Source of the DNA: Polyangiales bacterium
GTDB taxonomy: Bacteria > Myxococcota_A > Polyangia > Polyangiales > Polyangiaceae
Direction of reading: 5' to 3'
Length of the DNA stretch: 64,000 nucleotides
Assembly: GCA_038230375.1 (NCBI GenBank)
Contig: JBBRNJ010000005.1
Location: forward strand, 1-64,000
A model generated the notes under the pieces. That model ran no database searches, was not told the DNA's origin, and saw nothing but the letters and a program-made list of their open reading frames with translations. Made by a program: the position numbers and the translations under genes. Positions within the stretch are counted from its first letter, which is position 1. Every line of letters starts with the position of its first letter. This document shows, in pieces, positions 48,762-58,451 of the stretch.

Positions 48762-49493
48762 ATGCAGTCCGCACCCATCCCCGAACAGAAGCGCCGCGAC
48801 TCGCACGAGAAGGAGCACGGCGAGGCGGTGCGCGCCATGTTCGACCGCATCGCGCCGACCTACGACGCCTTGAACCGCGTCATGTCGCTCGGCGTGGACG
48901 TGCGGTGGCGAAAGCGCGCCGTCCGTGAGCTCGAGAGCGCGCCGCCCGGCCCCATCCTGGACCTGTGCGCGGGCACGCTCGATCTGTCGAAGCTCGTCAG
49001 CGAGCGCATGCCTGACCGCGAGCTCACCGCGGGGGATTTCTCCGCCGAGATGCTGGAGCTCGGCAGGAACAAGGCAAAACGCGCACGCCGCGTGGTGTGC
49101 GACGCGATGGACCTTCCCTTCCCGGACCAGTCGTTCGCCGGCATCATCGCGGGCTTCGGCATCCGCAACGTGAGCAACACCGAGCTCTGCGCGAAGGAAG
49201 CGCGCCGCGTCCTCAAGAACGGCGGGCTCTTCGTCACGCTGGAGTTCTTCAAGCCGGAGAGCCTGCGTGCAAGGGCGTTCCACGGCGTCTACGCCCGCGC
49301 CGTTCTGCCCACGGTCGGCGCGGCGATCAGCGGCGAGCGCTCCGCATACGCGTACCTGGCCGAGAGCATGCAGGGCTTCCTCACGCGCCACGCGTATGAG
49401 GACGTGCTGCGAAACGCCGGCTTCACCAACGTCCGCGGGTACGAGCTCTTGCTCGGTATCGCGTCCATCGTGATCGCAGAGGTGTCGCCATGA
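48762..49493 (+). CDS. menG: Demethylmenaquinone methyltransferase (UbiE/MenG)
   Basis: MFDRIAPTYDALN, DLCAGT, FGIRNV, YLAES. Confidence 0.9.
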   Translation: MQSAPIPEQKRRDSHEKEHGEAVRAMFDRIAPTYDALNRVMSLGVDVRWRKRAVRELESAPPGPILDLCAGTLDLSKLVSERMPDRELTAGDFSAEMLELGRNKAKRARRVVCDAMDLPFPDQSFAGIIAGFGIRNVSNTELCAKEARRVLKNGGLFVTLEFFKPESLRARAFHGVYARAVLPTVGAAISGERSAYAYLAESMQGFLTRHAYEDVLRNAGFTNVRGYELLLGIASIVIAEVSP

Positions 49494-50065
49494 AGAAGAT
49501 CGTCGTCGGCATCACGGGCGCAAGCGGCGCTCCCTACGCGCGCACGCTGCTCTCGTTCCTTGCGGACCGCCAGAAGACCGTGGGCGACATCGAGGTGGGC
49601 GTCTGTTACTCGCAGACCGCACCGGAGGTGTGGCAGCTGGAGTGCGGCGGCGACCTCCGCGAGGAGATCACCTTTCCCACCTGGGGCATGCGCGACTTCA
49701 AGGCGCCGTTCGCGAGCGGCAGCGCGGGCTGGCATGCGATGGTGGTCATCCCGTGCTCCATGGGCACGTGTGGGCGCATTGCCCACGGAATCAGCGACAC
49801 CCTGCTCACGCGCGCGGCCGACGTCATGATCAAGGAGAAGCGCCCCCTGGTGCTGGTCCCGCGCGAGACGCCGCTCTCCGTCATCCACCTGGAGAACCTC
49901 ACCGCGCTTGCACGCGCAGGCGCGACCATCATGCCGGCCATGCCCTCTTTCTACGGCAAGCCCGCGACCATCGACGATCTCGTGCGCTCCGTCTGCGCGC
50001 GCGTCCTGGATCACCTGGGCGTGCCGCAGGCCATCTCCCACAAGTGGGGTGAAAACAAATCATGA
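49490..50065 (+). CDS. ubiX: Flavin prenyltransferase UbiX
   Basis: GITGASG, ASGS, PCSMGT, RETPL. Confidence 0.93.
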   Translation: MKKIVVGITGASGAPYARTLLSFLADRQKTVGDIEVGVCYSQTAPEVWQLECGGDLREEITFPTWGMRDFKAPFASGSAGWHAMVVIPCSMGTCGRIAHGISDTLLTRAADVMIKEKRPLVLVPRETPLSVIHLENLTALARAGATIMPAMPSFYGKPATIDDLVRSVCARVLDHLGVPQAISHKWGENKS

Positions 50066-50616
50066 CGCTGCTGCAGGACACGCTCGAGAGGGAAGGTCTC
50101 TGGTCCGTGCGCGAGGCGCGTCGTCGTGGCGATCTCGTGGCCGTCACGGCCGCGATGCCCGCCTTGCGCGCCGCTGATCTGCTCGCGCTCGGCGCGCTCG
50201 CGGATGAGATTCGCACCGTTGACGTCGGCGCTGACGTCCGCTTCTGCACGCAGGCCTCCGCGGCCGAGCGCGCTGCGTATCGCGGCGTTTTCGTACCGCG
50301 CGCCGGCAAGACGGGGTTCGATTTTCTTCGCGAGGTCGCCATCGCGCGCATCACCGCGAAGCCGGCCGCATGCGTGCGCGTGGACTGGGATGACGCGGGA
50401 TTCGAGCTGTCGCAGGTGGCGCTCGGCTTCGGCGCGAACGAGATCTGGGGCGCGCTCGCGAACAAGCGCGGGCTGCCGATCCTGGACGAAGAAATGAAGA
50501 AGGTGAAGGGCGAGGGCATGGTGTCGCTCCAGGCGCTGAAGCGTCGCGAGCTGTCCAGGCTCCTCTCCCACGTGGGTCGCAACGTCGTGTTCGTGGAGAC
50601 GTCAGATGCAGACTGA
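50062..50616 (+). CDS. Short CofH/MqnE-like protein lacking the radical-SAM core
   Basis: LLALGALADEIR, LREVAIARI, QVALGFGANE..G; no CxxxCxxC. Start and stop overlap its neighbours. Confidence 0.7.
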   Translation: MTLLQDTLEREGLWSVREARRRGDLVAVTAAMPALRAADLLALGALADEIRTVDVGADVRFCTQASAAERAAYRGVFVPRAGKTGFDFLREVAIARITAKPAACVRVDWDDAGFELSQVALGFGANEIWGALANKRGLPILDEEMKKVKGEGMVSLQALKRRELSRLLSHVGRNVVFVETSDAD

Positions 50617-51778
50617 GAAACCTCTTCCCACCTTCGAGTCCGTCGAGGCAAAGGTCCACCGCGGCGAACGCCTCACGTTTGACGACGGCATCACCCTGTT
50701 TCGCGAGCCGAACCTGCTCAAGGTGGGCTTGCTCGCGAACTCCGTGCGCGAGAAGCGCCACGGCGACCGCACCTACTTCAACAAGAACATGCGCATCGAG
50801 GTGACGAACGTCTGCGTCGCCAGCTGTCTGTTCTGCTCCTTCGCCAAGCTGGAAGAGCACATGCCCGGCGCGCACACCATGACCACGCAGGAGGCCTGGA
50901 AGGAGCTCGAGGATCGCATGGCCGACCCGCCGAGCGAGGTCCACGTGGTCAACGGCCTGCACCCCGGATTGCCGTTCACCTACTACGAGGAGCTGCTCCG
51001 CGGGTTCAAGCGCATCAAGCCCGACCTGCACCTGAAGTGCTTCACGGCGGTGGAGATCCACTTCTTCGCGGAGCTCTACAAGATGTCCTACGAGGAGGTT
51101 CTCACGAAGCTCCGTGCGGCGGGGCTCGACAGCCTGCCGGGGGGCGGCGCGGAGATCTTCCACCCGGAGGTGCGCACGCGCATCTCCAACGACAAGGCGA
51201 CCGCGGATCAGTACCTCCAGATCCATCGCGTGGCGCACAAGATGGGGATGAAGACGAACACGACGATGCTCTACGGGCACATCGAGACGTTCGAGCACCG
51301 CGTCGATCACATCCTCCGCGTGCGCGCCCTGCAGGACGAGACGGGTGGCTTCCAGGCGTTCATCCCGCTCGCCTTCCACCCCGATGGCAACGGCATGAAG
51401 AACCTGCCCGCGCCCACCGCCGTGGACGACCTGCGCACCGTCGCGGTGTCGCGCCTCATGCTCGACAACGTCGAGCACATCAAGGCGTACTGGGTCAGCA
51501 TGACGCCGGACGTCGCGCAGATCGCGCTCTCGTACGGCGCGGACGACATCGACGGCACCATTGTCCACGAGACCATCTACAAGGCGGCAGGCAGCACGTC
51601 GCCCAGCGGGCTGTCGTACGATGAGCTCGTGCGCCTCATCCGCGAGGCGGGTCGGACCCCCATCGAGCGCGACACGTTCTACAACGTGGTGAAGGAGCAC
51701 GCGAAGAGCGCCCTGCCCGAGGCCGCGATGAAGGTGCGTGACCGGAAACAGAACCGCCACCTGGAGGTGCTGTCATGA
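50606..51778 (+). CDS. mqnE: Aminofutalosine synthase MqnE
   Basis: TNVCVASCLFC, GL.P, AFIPLAFHP, HIKAYW. Confidence 0.92.
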   Translation: MQTEKPLPTFESVEAKVHRGERLTFDDGITLFREPNLLKVGLLANSVREKRHGDRTYFNKNMRIEVTNVCVASCLFCSFAKLEEHMPGAHTMTTQEAWKELEDRMADPPSEVHVVNGLHPGLPFTYYEELLRGFKRIKPDLHLKCFTAVEIHFFAELYKMSYEEVLTKLRAAGLDSLPGGGAEIFHPEVRTRISNDKATADQYLQIHRVAHKMGMKTNTTMLYGHIETFEHRVDHILRVRALQDETGGFQAFIPLAFHPDGNGMKNLPAPTAVDDLRTVAVSRLMLDNVEHIKAYWVSMTPDVAQIALSYGADDIDGTIVHETIYKAAGSTSPSGLSYDELVRLIREAGRTPIERDTFYNVVKEHAKSALPEAAMKVRDRKQNRHLEVLS

Positions 51779-53739
51779 GCGACATCATTCGCGACGCAGC
51801 GCCAGGCGTCGTTCGCATCTCGAGTGTCGGGTACCTGAATGCGCGCCCCCTGGTGCAGGGGCTCGCGGAAGACCCGCGTTTTACCCTGGATTTCGCGCTC
51901 CCTAGCGAGGTCGCACGCCAGCTCGCCGAGGACGAAGCGGACGTTGCGCTCATGCCCGTCGCGGCAGCAGCGACCATGGGTGACGTGCGCATCGTGCCAG
52001 GCATGGCGATCGGCTCGCGAGGTCCCGTGCGCAGCGTCGCGATCTTCGGCGAGAAGCCCGTGGAGGAGCTCACCGAGGTCTGCCTGGATCTGTCGTCACG
52101 CACGAGCGTCGTGCTCGCGCGGCTCCTGCTGGCGAAGCGGAACCCCAAGGTTCGCTTCCTGGGAATGAAGGAAGCCGACGCGCGAAAGAACATCAGCGGC
52201 AGCCGCGGCGCGCTCATCATCGGTGATCCTGCCCTCACGATCGAAGGCAAGTACCCGCACGTGCTGGATCTGGCGTCCGCGTGGCGCGAGGTGACCGGCC
52301 TCCCCTTCGTATTCGCGGCATGGTGCACGCGCGGAGAAGCGCTCACCGCCGACCACGCGCAGGCATTCCTGGACGCAAAGCGCCGCGGAAAAGAAGCCTC
52401 CCGCGCGCTCGCAGAAGCGCACGCGAAGGCCACCGGCCTCGACGTCGCCTCGCTGGAGTCCTACCTGGCCAACGCCATCTCGTACGAGCTGGGCGAAGAA
52501 GAGCTCCACGGCCTCCAGCGCTTCTACGACGAAGCAGCAAGAGCCCACCTCCTCCCCAAGACAACAGTCACCCTGTTCAAGTCGGAGTCGATGTCGAAGT
52601 CGAAGTCGAAGTCGGAGTCGATGTCGAAGTCGGAGTCGATGTCGGAGTCGATGTCGTCGTCATCCCGGCCTTCCCTCGACACGCTCCTCATGCGCGCCGC
52701 AGCAGGTGACCGCCTCTCCATCGCCGAGGGCCTCCGCCTGAACGCAGACGCATCACTCTTCGACCTGGGCCTCGCCGCCGACGCCGTTCGCCAGCGGCGT
52801 CATCCAGACGGCGTGGTCACGTACATCGTGGATCGCAACGTCAACTACACCAACGTCTGCACCACCAGCTGCCGCTTCTGCGCGTTCTATAGGCCCGTGG
52901 GACATCCGGAGGGCTACACGCTCTCGCGCGAGGTCCTCGGCAAGAAGCTGCAAGAAGTGGTGGACGCCGGCGGCGTACAGATCCTGCTGCAAGGCGGACT
53001 GAACCCCGAGCTGCGCATCGGCTGGTACGAGGACCTCTTCCGGTGGATGAAGAGCGAGTACAAGCTCGGGCTCCACGCGCTGTCCCCGGAGGAGATCCTC
53101 TTCATCGGGCGTCAAGAGGACATGAGCGTGCGCACGGTGCTCGAGCGGTTGCACGCGGCAGGCCTGGACTCGGTCCCGGGTGGCGGCGCGGAGATCCTCG
53201 TCGATCGCGTTCGCCGCAAGATCGCCAAGACCAAATGCACGAGCGAAGAGTGGCTCGGCGTGATGCGCACGGCCCACCAGATGGGCCTGCGCTCCAGCGG
53301 CACCATGATGTACGGCACCACGGACACGGCGCGCGACCGCGTGCTGCACCTGGGCAAGCTGCGCGATCTTCAGGACGAGACCGGCGGCTTCACCGCGTTC
53401 TTCTGCTGGGATTTCCAGTACGAGACGGGCACGAAGATCGCGCCCGGCGAGAACGGCACGCTCCTCTATCTCCGGCAGCAGGCGCTCGCGCGCATCATGC
53501 TCGACAACTTCGATCACATCGGCGCCAGCTGGGTCACGCAAGGACCAGAGGTCGGTCAGGTCGCCCTCCGCTTCGGTGCGGACGACTTCGGCAGCGTGAT
53601 GTTCGAGGAGAACGTGGTCTCCAGCGCAGGCACCACGTTCCAGATGAACGCCGGCACCATGGAAGAGCGCATCCACGCCGCAGGCTTCAAGGCGGTCCGT
53701 CGCAACGTCCGCTACGACTGGCTGAGCGAGCCGTTCTGA
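51775..53739 (+). CDS. MqnA (chorismate dehydratase) - MqnC (cyclic dehypoxanthine futalosine synthase) fusion
   Basis: N-terminal YLNARPL, SRTS, IGD.AL, LPFVFAAW. C-terminal DRNVNYTNVC...C.FCAF, LLQGG, ASWVTQG, EENVV. Confidence 0.92.
   Translation: MSDIIRDAAPGVVRISSVGYLNARPLVQGLAEDPRFTLDFALPSEVARQLAEDEADVALMPVAAAATMGDVRIVPGMAIGSRGPVRSVAIFGEKPVEELTEVCLDLSSRTSVVLARLLLAKRNPKVRFLGMKEADARKNISGSRGALIIGDPALTIEGKYPHVLDLASAWREVTGLPFVFAAWCTRGEALTADHAQAFLDAKRRGKEASRALAEAHAKATGLDVASLESYLANAISYELGEEELHGLQRFYDEAARAHLLPKTTVTLFKSESMSKSKSKSESMSKSESMSESMSSSSRPSLDTLLMRAAAGDRLSIAEGLRLNADASLFDLGLAADAVRQRRHPDGVVTYIVDRNVNYTNVCTTSCRFCAFYRPVGHPEGYTLSREVLGKKLQEVVDAGGVQILLQGGLNPELRIGWYEDLFRWMKSEYKLGLHALSPEEILFIGRQEDMSVRTVLERLHAAGLDSVPGGGAEILVDRVRRKIAKTKCTSEEWLGVMRTAHQMGLRSSGTMMYGTTDTARDRVLHLGKLRDLQDETGGFTAFFCWDFQYETGTKIAPGENGTLLYLRQQALARIMLDNFDHIGASWVTQGPEVGQVALRFGADDFGSVMFEENVVSSAGTTFQMNAGTMEERIHAAGFKAVRRNVRYDWLSEPF
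52580..52660 (+). repeat. In-frame GTCGNN hexamer repeat encoding the S-x linker of MqnA-MqnC
   Basis: GTCGGA/GTCGAT/GTCGAA units translate as KSESMSKSKSKSESMS... Confidence 0.9.
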
Positions 53740-53758
53740 GGCGCGCAATACGGGGAAT

Positions 53759-55003
53759 ATGCACGCAACTATCCTCCACGCAGATGGCCTGATTCGCGGA
53801 GATCTCGGCGATCTCCTCGACGCGGCCGTCGTGCTGGATGAGGCGCATCGCGTGCTCGACGTAGGCCCCGCCGGCGAGATCCTTCCGCGGCACGCAGGCG
53901 CGAAGATCACGAAGGTCCAGGGCGTCATCGCGCCGTTCCTGGTCAACGCGCACACGCACGTCGAGCTGTCCGCGCTTCGCGGCAAGGTGCCGGGCGGCCA
54001 CGGCTTCGTTCCGTGGGTGGACAAGCTCGTCACGTCGCGCCCGTTCATGACGGAAGAGGACGAGAGCGAAGGCATCTACTCTGGCGTCGCGGAGCTCGCG
54101 CGCGCGGCCACGTCGGCCGTGGGCGAGGTGACCAACGGCCTTGCCGCGGCGCGTGCCCTCTCCGCCGAAGGCATGTCCGTCATGCTCTTCCACGAGATGT
54201 TCGGCGTGCTCGAGGAGCCGGCCGTGAAGGCCGCACATGAGCTGCTCGACACCGCCAGGAAATGGCGCGCGGACATCGCGGCGGAGCCTGGCCTGCGCCG
54301 GGTGCGCCACACGCCTTCGCCCCACACGCTGTACACCACGCACGCAGCCGCGGTCCGCATCCTGTGTGATGCCGCGCGCGATGCAGGAGCGCGCGTCACG
54401 ATCCACCTTGCCGAACATCCTGCCGAACGCAGCGCGATCGAGCTGGGCTCCGGGCCTTCCGTCTCGTGGATGCAGTCGCGCCTGAAGATCGCCGAGTCCG
54501 CGTTCAGCTTCCCGCGTCGCCCGCTCTTCGACGTGGCCGCGGAGCTGGGCGTCCTGCGCGACAACACGCTGCTCGTGCACCTGACCGACGCAAAGCCGCA
54601 AGAGCTCGCGCGCGTGCGTGACGCGGGCGCGCATCCGGTCCTCTGCCCGCGGTCGAACCTCTTCATCGAGACACGCCTGCCGCCGCTCCTCACCATGCTG
54701 GAGCTGGGCCTGGAGCCTGCCCTGGGCACGGACTCGCTCGCGTCCAACGCATCGCTCGACGTGCTGATGGAGGCGCGCGCGCTCCGCGATCGCTTCTCCG
54801 GCGTGGACGCGTCGCGCCTCCTGCGCATGGCCACCTGGAACGGCGCTGTTGCGCTTGATTTCCCGGGTCTTGGTCGCATCGCGAAGGGTGCGTCGCCAGG
54901 AATCTTCGCGGTCTCCGGCGATCTCGCGGGCGCGTCGCCCTCTTCCTTCCTGCTCAACCACACAAGCGCCGCGCGGGAAAAGCTCGCGCCTCCGAACCCT
55001 TAA
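53759..55003 (+). CDS. Amidohydrolase, probable aminodeoxyfutalosine deaminase
   Basis: NAHTH, SPH..Y, HLAE, CPRSN, LGTDS; located in the mqn cluster. Confidence 0.82.
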   Translation: MHATILHADGLIRGDLGDLLDAAVVLDEAHRVLDVGPAGEILPRHAGAKITKVQGVIAPFLVNAHTHVELSALRGKVPGGHGFVPWVDKLVTSRPFMTEEDESEGIYSGVAELARAATSAVGEVTNGLAAARALSAEGMSVMLFHEMFGVLEEPAVKAAHELLDTARKWRADIAAEPGLRRVRHTPSPHTLYTTHAAAVRILCDAARDAGARVTIHLAEHPAERSAIELGSGPSVSWMQSRLKIAESAFSFPRRPLFDVAAELGVLRDNTLLVHLTDAKPQELARVRDAGAHPVLCPRSNLFIETRLPPLLTMLELGLEPALGTDSLASNASLDVLMEARALRDRFSGVDASRLLRMATWNGAVALDFPGLGRIAKGASPGIFAVSGDLAGASPSSFLLNHTSAAREKLAPPNP

Positions 55004-55016
55004 GATCTCGCCGCCC

Positions 55017-55892
55017 ATGATGCTCGCAAAGAAGCTGCGCACGTACTCGGAGCTCGTCTCCTTCTCCCACACCATCTTCGCGATGCCCTTTGCGGCGAGC
55101 GCCGTCGTGCTCTCGCTGGGCGTGCCGCACGAAGACCTGTCCGTGAAGAAGGTCGCTCTCATGATCGTCTGCATGGTCGCGGCGCGCACCAGCGCCATGG
55201 CGTTCAACCGCTGGGCGGACCGCGACATCGACGCAGAGAACCCGCGCACCAAGCTGCGGCACATTCCAAAGGGTGAGGTCTCTGCGAAGGAGGGCCTGCT
55301 CCTTGCGCTCGGGTCAGGCGCGGTGTTCTTGCTCTGCGCGTCGCTCATCGGCTTCTGGCCCATGGTGCTGGCGCCTGTCGTCCTCGCGGTGCTCCTCGGG
55401 TACTCGCTCGCAAAGCGCTTCACCTGGGGCGCGCATGCGTGGCTCGGCGTCGCGCTCTCGCTCGCGCCAGGCGGCGCGTGGATCGGCATGGGCGCCGCAC
55501 CGTCGTGGGGCATCCTCTCGCTCATGGGCGGCGTGGTCACGTGGCTCTTCGGGTTCGACGTCCTCTACGCGCTCCAGGACGAAGCGTTCGACAGGGGCAA
55601 GGGCCTGCACTCCGTGCCTGCGCGCTTCGGTACGAAGGGCACGCTCGTACTGTCAGCGCTCGCCCACGTGCTCACCATCACGGGCTTCGCGTACGCAGGG
55701 ATCGCCCTGCATCGCGGCGCCCCGTATTTCGTCGGCGTTGCGGTGTGCGGGTTGCTCCTCACGTACGAGCATCTGCTGGTCGGCAAGGGCAACCTCGCCA
55801 AGATCAACAAGGCGTTCTTCGACATGAACGCCTGGGTGTCGGTTGGCTTCTTCGCGCTCACGCTGACGGACGAATTCCTGCGCCGCCGGTGA
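55017..55892 (+). CDS. UbiA-family prenyltransferase (MqnP-like)
   Basis: HTIFAMPF, N...D..ID..NPRT..R, KRFT, D..YA.QD..FD. Confidence 0.9.
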   Translation: MMLAKKLRTYSELVSFSHTIFAMPFAASAVVLSLGVPHEDLSVKKVALMIVCMVAARTSAMAFNRWADRDIDAENPRTKLRHIPKGEVSAKEGLLLALGSGAVFLLCASLIGFWPMVLAPVVLAVLLGYSLAKRFTWGAHAWLGVALSLAPGGAWIGMGAAPSWGILSLMGGVVTWLFGFDVLYALQDEAFDRGKGLHSVPARFGTKGTLVLSALAHVLTITGFAYAGIALHRGAPYFVGVAVCGLLLTYEHLLVGKGNLAKINKAFFDMNAWVSVGFFALTLTDEFLRRR

Positions 55893-55899
55893 GTGCGGC

Positions 55900-57315
55900 T
55901 CATCGCTTCGGTGCGGCCTGGTCGATTCGCGCGCGAAGAGCGCGTATCTCGGCGAGCGTGCGCGGACGCGGGAGCCGCAGGTCGAGGCCGAAACCGGCGT
56001 ACTCGGCGGTCGTGTAGTGACGGATTCGAAAGCCATCCTCGGCGCGCGTATGCGGCTTCTTCTTCCTCCGCTTCGCGTTGCTTCGCATCCGCAGCCCGGC
56101 GGCGATCTCGCGGCGCGCGGCCCTGGCATCGCCGCAGGCGAGCAAGGCCCACGCAAGGTCGGCGTGATGGCTCGCTTCAGTCGGCTCGAGCCGCACCGCG
56201 GCGCGCGCATGCAAAAGCGCGGTCGCTGGCGGCGCGACCTTGGTCGACAGGATGAAGCGCGCGCATACGACGTGCGCGTTCTGGTCGTGCGAATTCTCCT
56301 TGGCAGCGAAGGTGAGATCGGCGAGCGCCGAAGCGTGGTCGCCGAGGAGCGCGTGAGCCTCGGCGCGGCAGATCAAGAAGTAGGCTTGCTTCGGATCGGA
56401 CTTCAGCGCGGCGGAGGCGTCGGGGAGGGCGGCACGCGCGTCTCCCTCCCAGAGCGCACAGATCGCGCGCGCATAGCGGGAATAGGTGGAATACGTCGCC
56501 GAAGTTCGCTCGATCTCCTCCGTGAGGTATCGCCGCGCGTTGGCCCAATCGCCGCGCCTGGCGTGGTGAAACGCGCGCTCCGACCACGCTGCCGGGTGGT
56601 TCGGCTCCTCCAGAAGGACGGCGTCGATCTCGCCGAGAAGCCTCGCCTCGTCGCCGATGAGCCGCAGGACTGCGAGACGCTCGCGATGAAGACCGCCCCG
56701 GTGGTGGCGTGTGCACCGAAGGGCCCTCCCGAATTCCAGGAAGGCTTCTTCGAGGCGGCCCATCTCGAGGAGAAGGCGAGCGCGCCCAGCGCGTGACAAC
56801 ACGTCCTTCGGATCAACGCCGACCGCGCGGTTGTAGTCCGCCAGCGCGAGCGCAAGGTCGCCGTGGGACATGTACTGGTCCGCGCGTCCTCGATAGTAGC
56901 CCACGTTCGTGGGCTCGAGAGCGAGCGCCTGCGTGTGGGAAGCAATGGCCTCCTCGTGCCACAAGCGAAGGAGGTAACCGTGCTGGTGATGCGCCGCCCC
57001 ACAGAGCGGATCGAGCTCGAGCGCCCGCTCCACGTTCATAAGGGCGGCCCGTTCGTCGCGCCAGAGCGTCTCCGATGCAAGATGCACGAGCGCAAGAGCA
57101 AGCTCACGCTCGGCCGCCGCCACGCGATCCTTCGGGCTCACATACGACGAAGACTCCTCTTCCTCCTCCGCCTCCTCGATGTGAGGATCGAGCTCTATGA
57201 CGACGTCGCCATCGCGCTCGTCGGCGACGTCGCGAGGTTCCCCGCCGTCGATCGCGAATAGCTTCGGCTTCGGCGGCTTCGCGCCTCCGCGGCTCTTCGA
57301 ATGGTCGTCGTCCAC
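55900..57315 (-). CDS. Tetratricopeptide repeat protein
   Basis: Many TPR-like units (ALADYNRAV..DP). GTG 57315 is preceded by TATGAT. Confidence 0.85.
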   Translation of the reverse strand: MDDDHSKSRGGAKPPKPKLFAIDGGEPRDVADERDGDVVIELDPHIEEAEEEEESSSYVSPKDRVAAAERELALALVHLASETLWRDERAALMNVERALELDPLCGAAHHQHGYLLRLWHEEAIASHTQALALEPTNVGYYRGRADQYMSHGDLALALADYNRAVGVDPKDVLSRAGRARLLLEMGRLEEAFLEFGRALRCTRHHRGGLHRERLAVLRLIGDEARLLGEIDAVLLEEPNHPAAWSERAFHHARRGDWANARRYLTEEIERTSATYSTYSRYARAICALWEGDARAALPDASAALKSDPKQAYFLICRAEAHALLGDHASALADLTFAAKENSHDQNAHVVCARFILSTKVAPPATALLHARAAVRLEPTEASHHADLAWALLACGDARAARREIAAGLRMRSNAKRRKKKPHTRAEDGFRIRHYTTAEYAGFGLDLRLPRPRTLAEIRALRARIDQAAPKR

Positions 57316-57371
57316 CTGGTGATCATACACCCATGCGACCAGACGTCCTCGTCGTGAGTATGATGGTTCCC

Positions 57372-58451
57372 GTGCGGCATGTTCACACCCTCGTGGCACT
57401 CGCAGCCGTAGTCGGTTGCAAGAATGGAGCGGACGCGACGCCGCTCGTCGCGCCGGGATCTGTCACGCTGATGACCCTCAACATCGCCAGCGGCGCTGGT
57501 GACCACTTCCGCACGGCGGAGAACCGCACAAAGCAGAGCGCCTTTGTCGCGCGATCAGGGGCGCAGCTGGTCGGGCTCCAGGAGGTGGACGTGGGGGTGG
57601 ACCGCTCCGGAAAGATCGATACGGCTGCAAGCGTCGCTGCCTCATTGGGGTTCGGGACCTGCACGTTCGCGGTCGACGCTTCTCCGCACATGAGCCCCGA
57701 CGGAACGCGCCTCACGCGTTGCACCGGTGGCTCCATCGTCTTCGGCATGGGCTTTCGCGCCGACGACCCGTTCGCAGCCGACGCCGCCGGCAACCCGAGC
57801 GGCATCATGGATAGTGACCCGTCGCTCAACCCGACCGGTGTCGATCGCAGTCCGGACGCCTTCTACGGCAACGCGCTCATCGTCAGCGCTCCGTGGGAAG
57901 TCGAAGCGACCTACACCGTCGCGCTTCCAATTGACGCTCTTGGTCCGAGCGCCCCCGCGGCGCTGCTCGAACGACTGGCGCAGGAAGGCCCGCCCGACGA
58001 CGCGATCGCCGCCCTTGCGGAGCACAACGTCGCCACGCGACGCCAGAGAGGCGTCGAGCCGCGCTCCGCCCTCGTGGTGCGCGTCCGCAAACCTGGGACG
58101 ACGGCGATCTCGGTCATCACGACACATCTCGAGTCGTCAGGATCGAGCGATCTGCGAAGAGCGCAGCTCGACGCGGTGGTCGCCATCGCGCGCGGCGAAC
58201 AGCGGAAGAGCAACCATGACGTGGCCGTGATGGGCGACTTCAACATGTCCGTCACCGATGCAGAGCCTACCCTCGCCGCCGCCGACTTCGTGCGCGCGAC
58301 GCCGCCAGAGGCGAACGCCGACATCGACCAGATGTGGATCGATCCGTCGCTCGTCGCTGACGCGACCAGGCGTGTGCCAACGGAGGGAGTGACGGATCAC
58401 GCGTTCGCCGCGCTGGCGACCGTCCGCGCAGATGGTAGCTCAAACCGGTGA
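57372..58451 (+). CDS. Endonuclease/exonuclease/phosphatase family lipoprotein
   Basis: Lipobox VVGC, T.NI, LQEVD, THL, GDFN, ID, TDH. Confidence 0.88.
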   Translation: MRHVHTLVALAAVVGCKNGADATPLVAPGSVTLMTLNIASGAGDHFRTAENRTKQSAFVARSGAQLVGLQEVDVGVDRSGKIDTAASVAASLGFGTCTFAVDASPHMSPDGTRLTRCTGGSIVFGMGFRADDPFAADAAGNPSGIMDSDPSLNPTGVDRSPDAFYGNALIVSAPWEVEATYTVALPIDALGPSAPAALLERLAQEGPPDDAIAALAEHNVATRRQRGVEPRSALVVRVRKPGTTAISVITTHLESSGSSDLRRAQLDAVVAIARGEQRKSNHDVAVMGDFNMSVTDAEPTLAAADFVRATPPEANADIDQMWIDPSLVADATRRVPTEGVTDHAFAALATVRADGSSNR

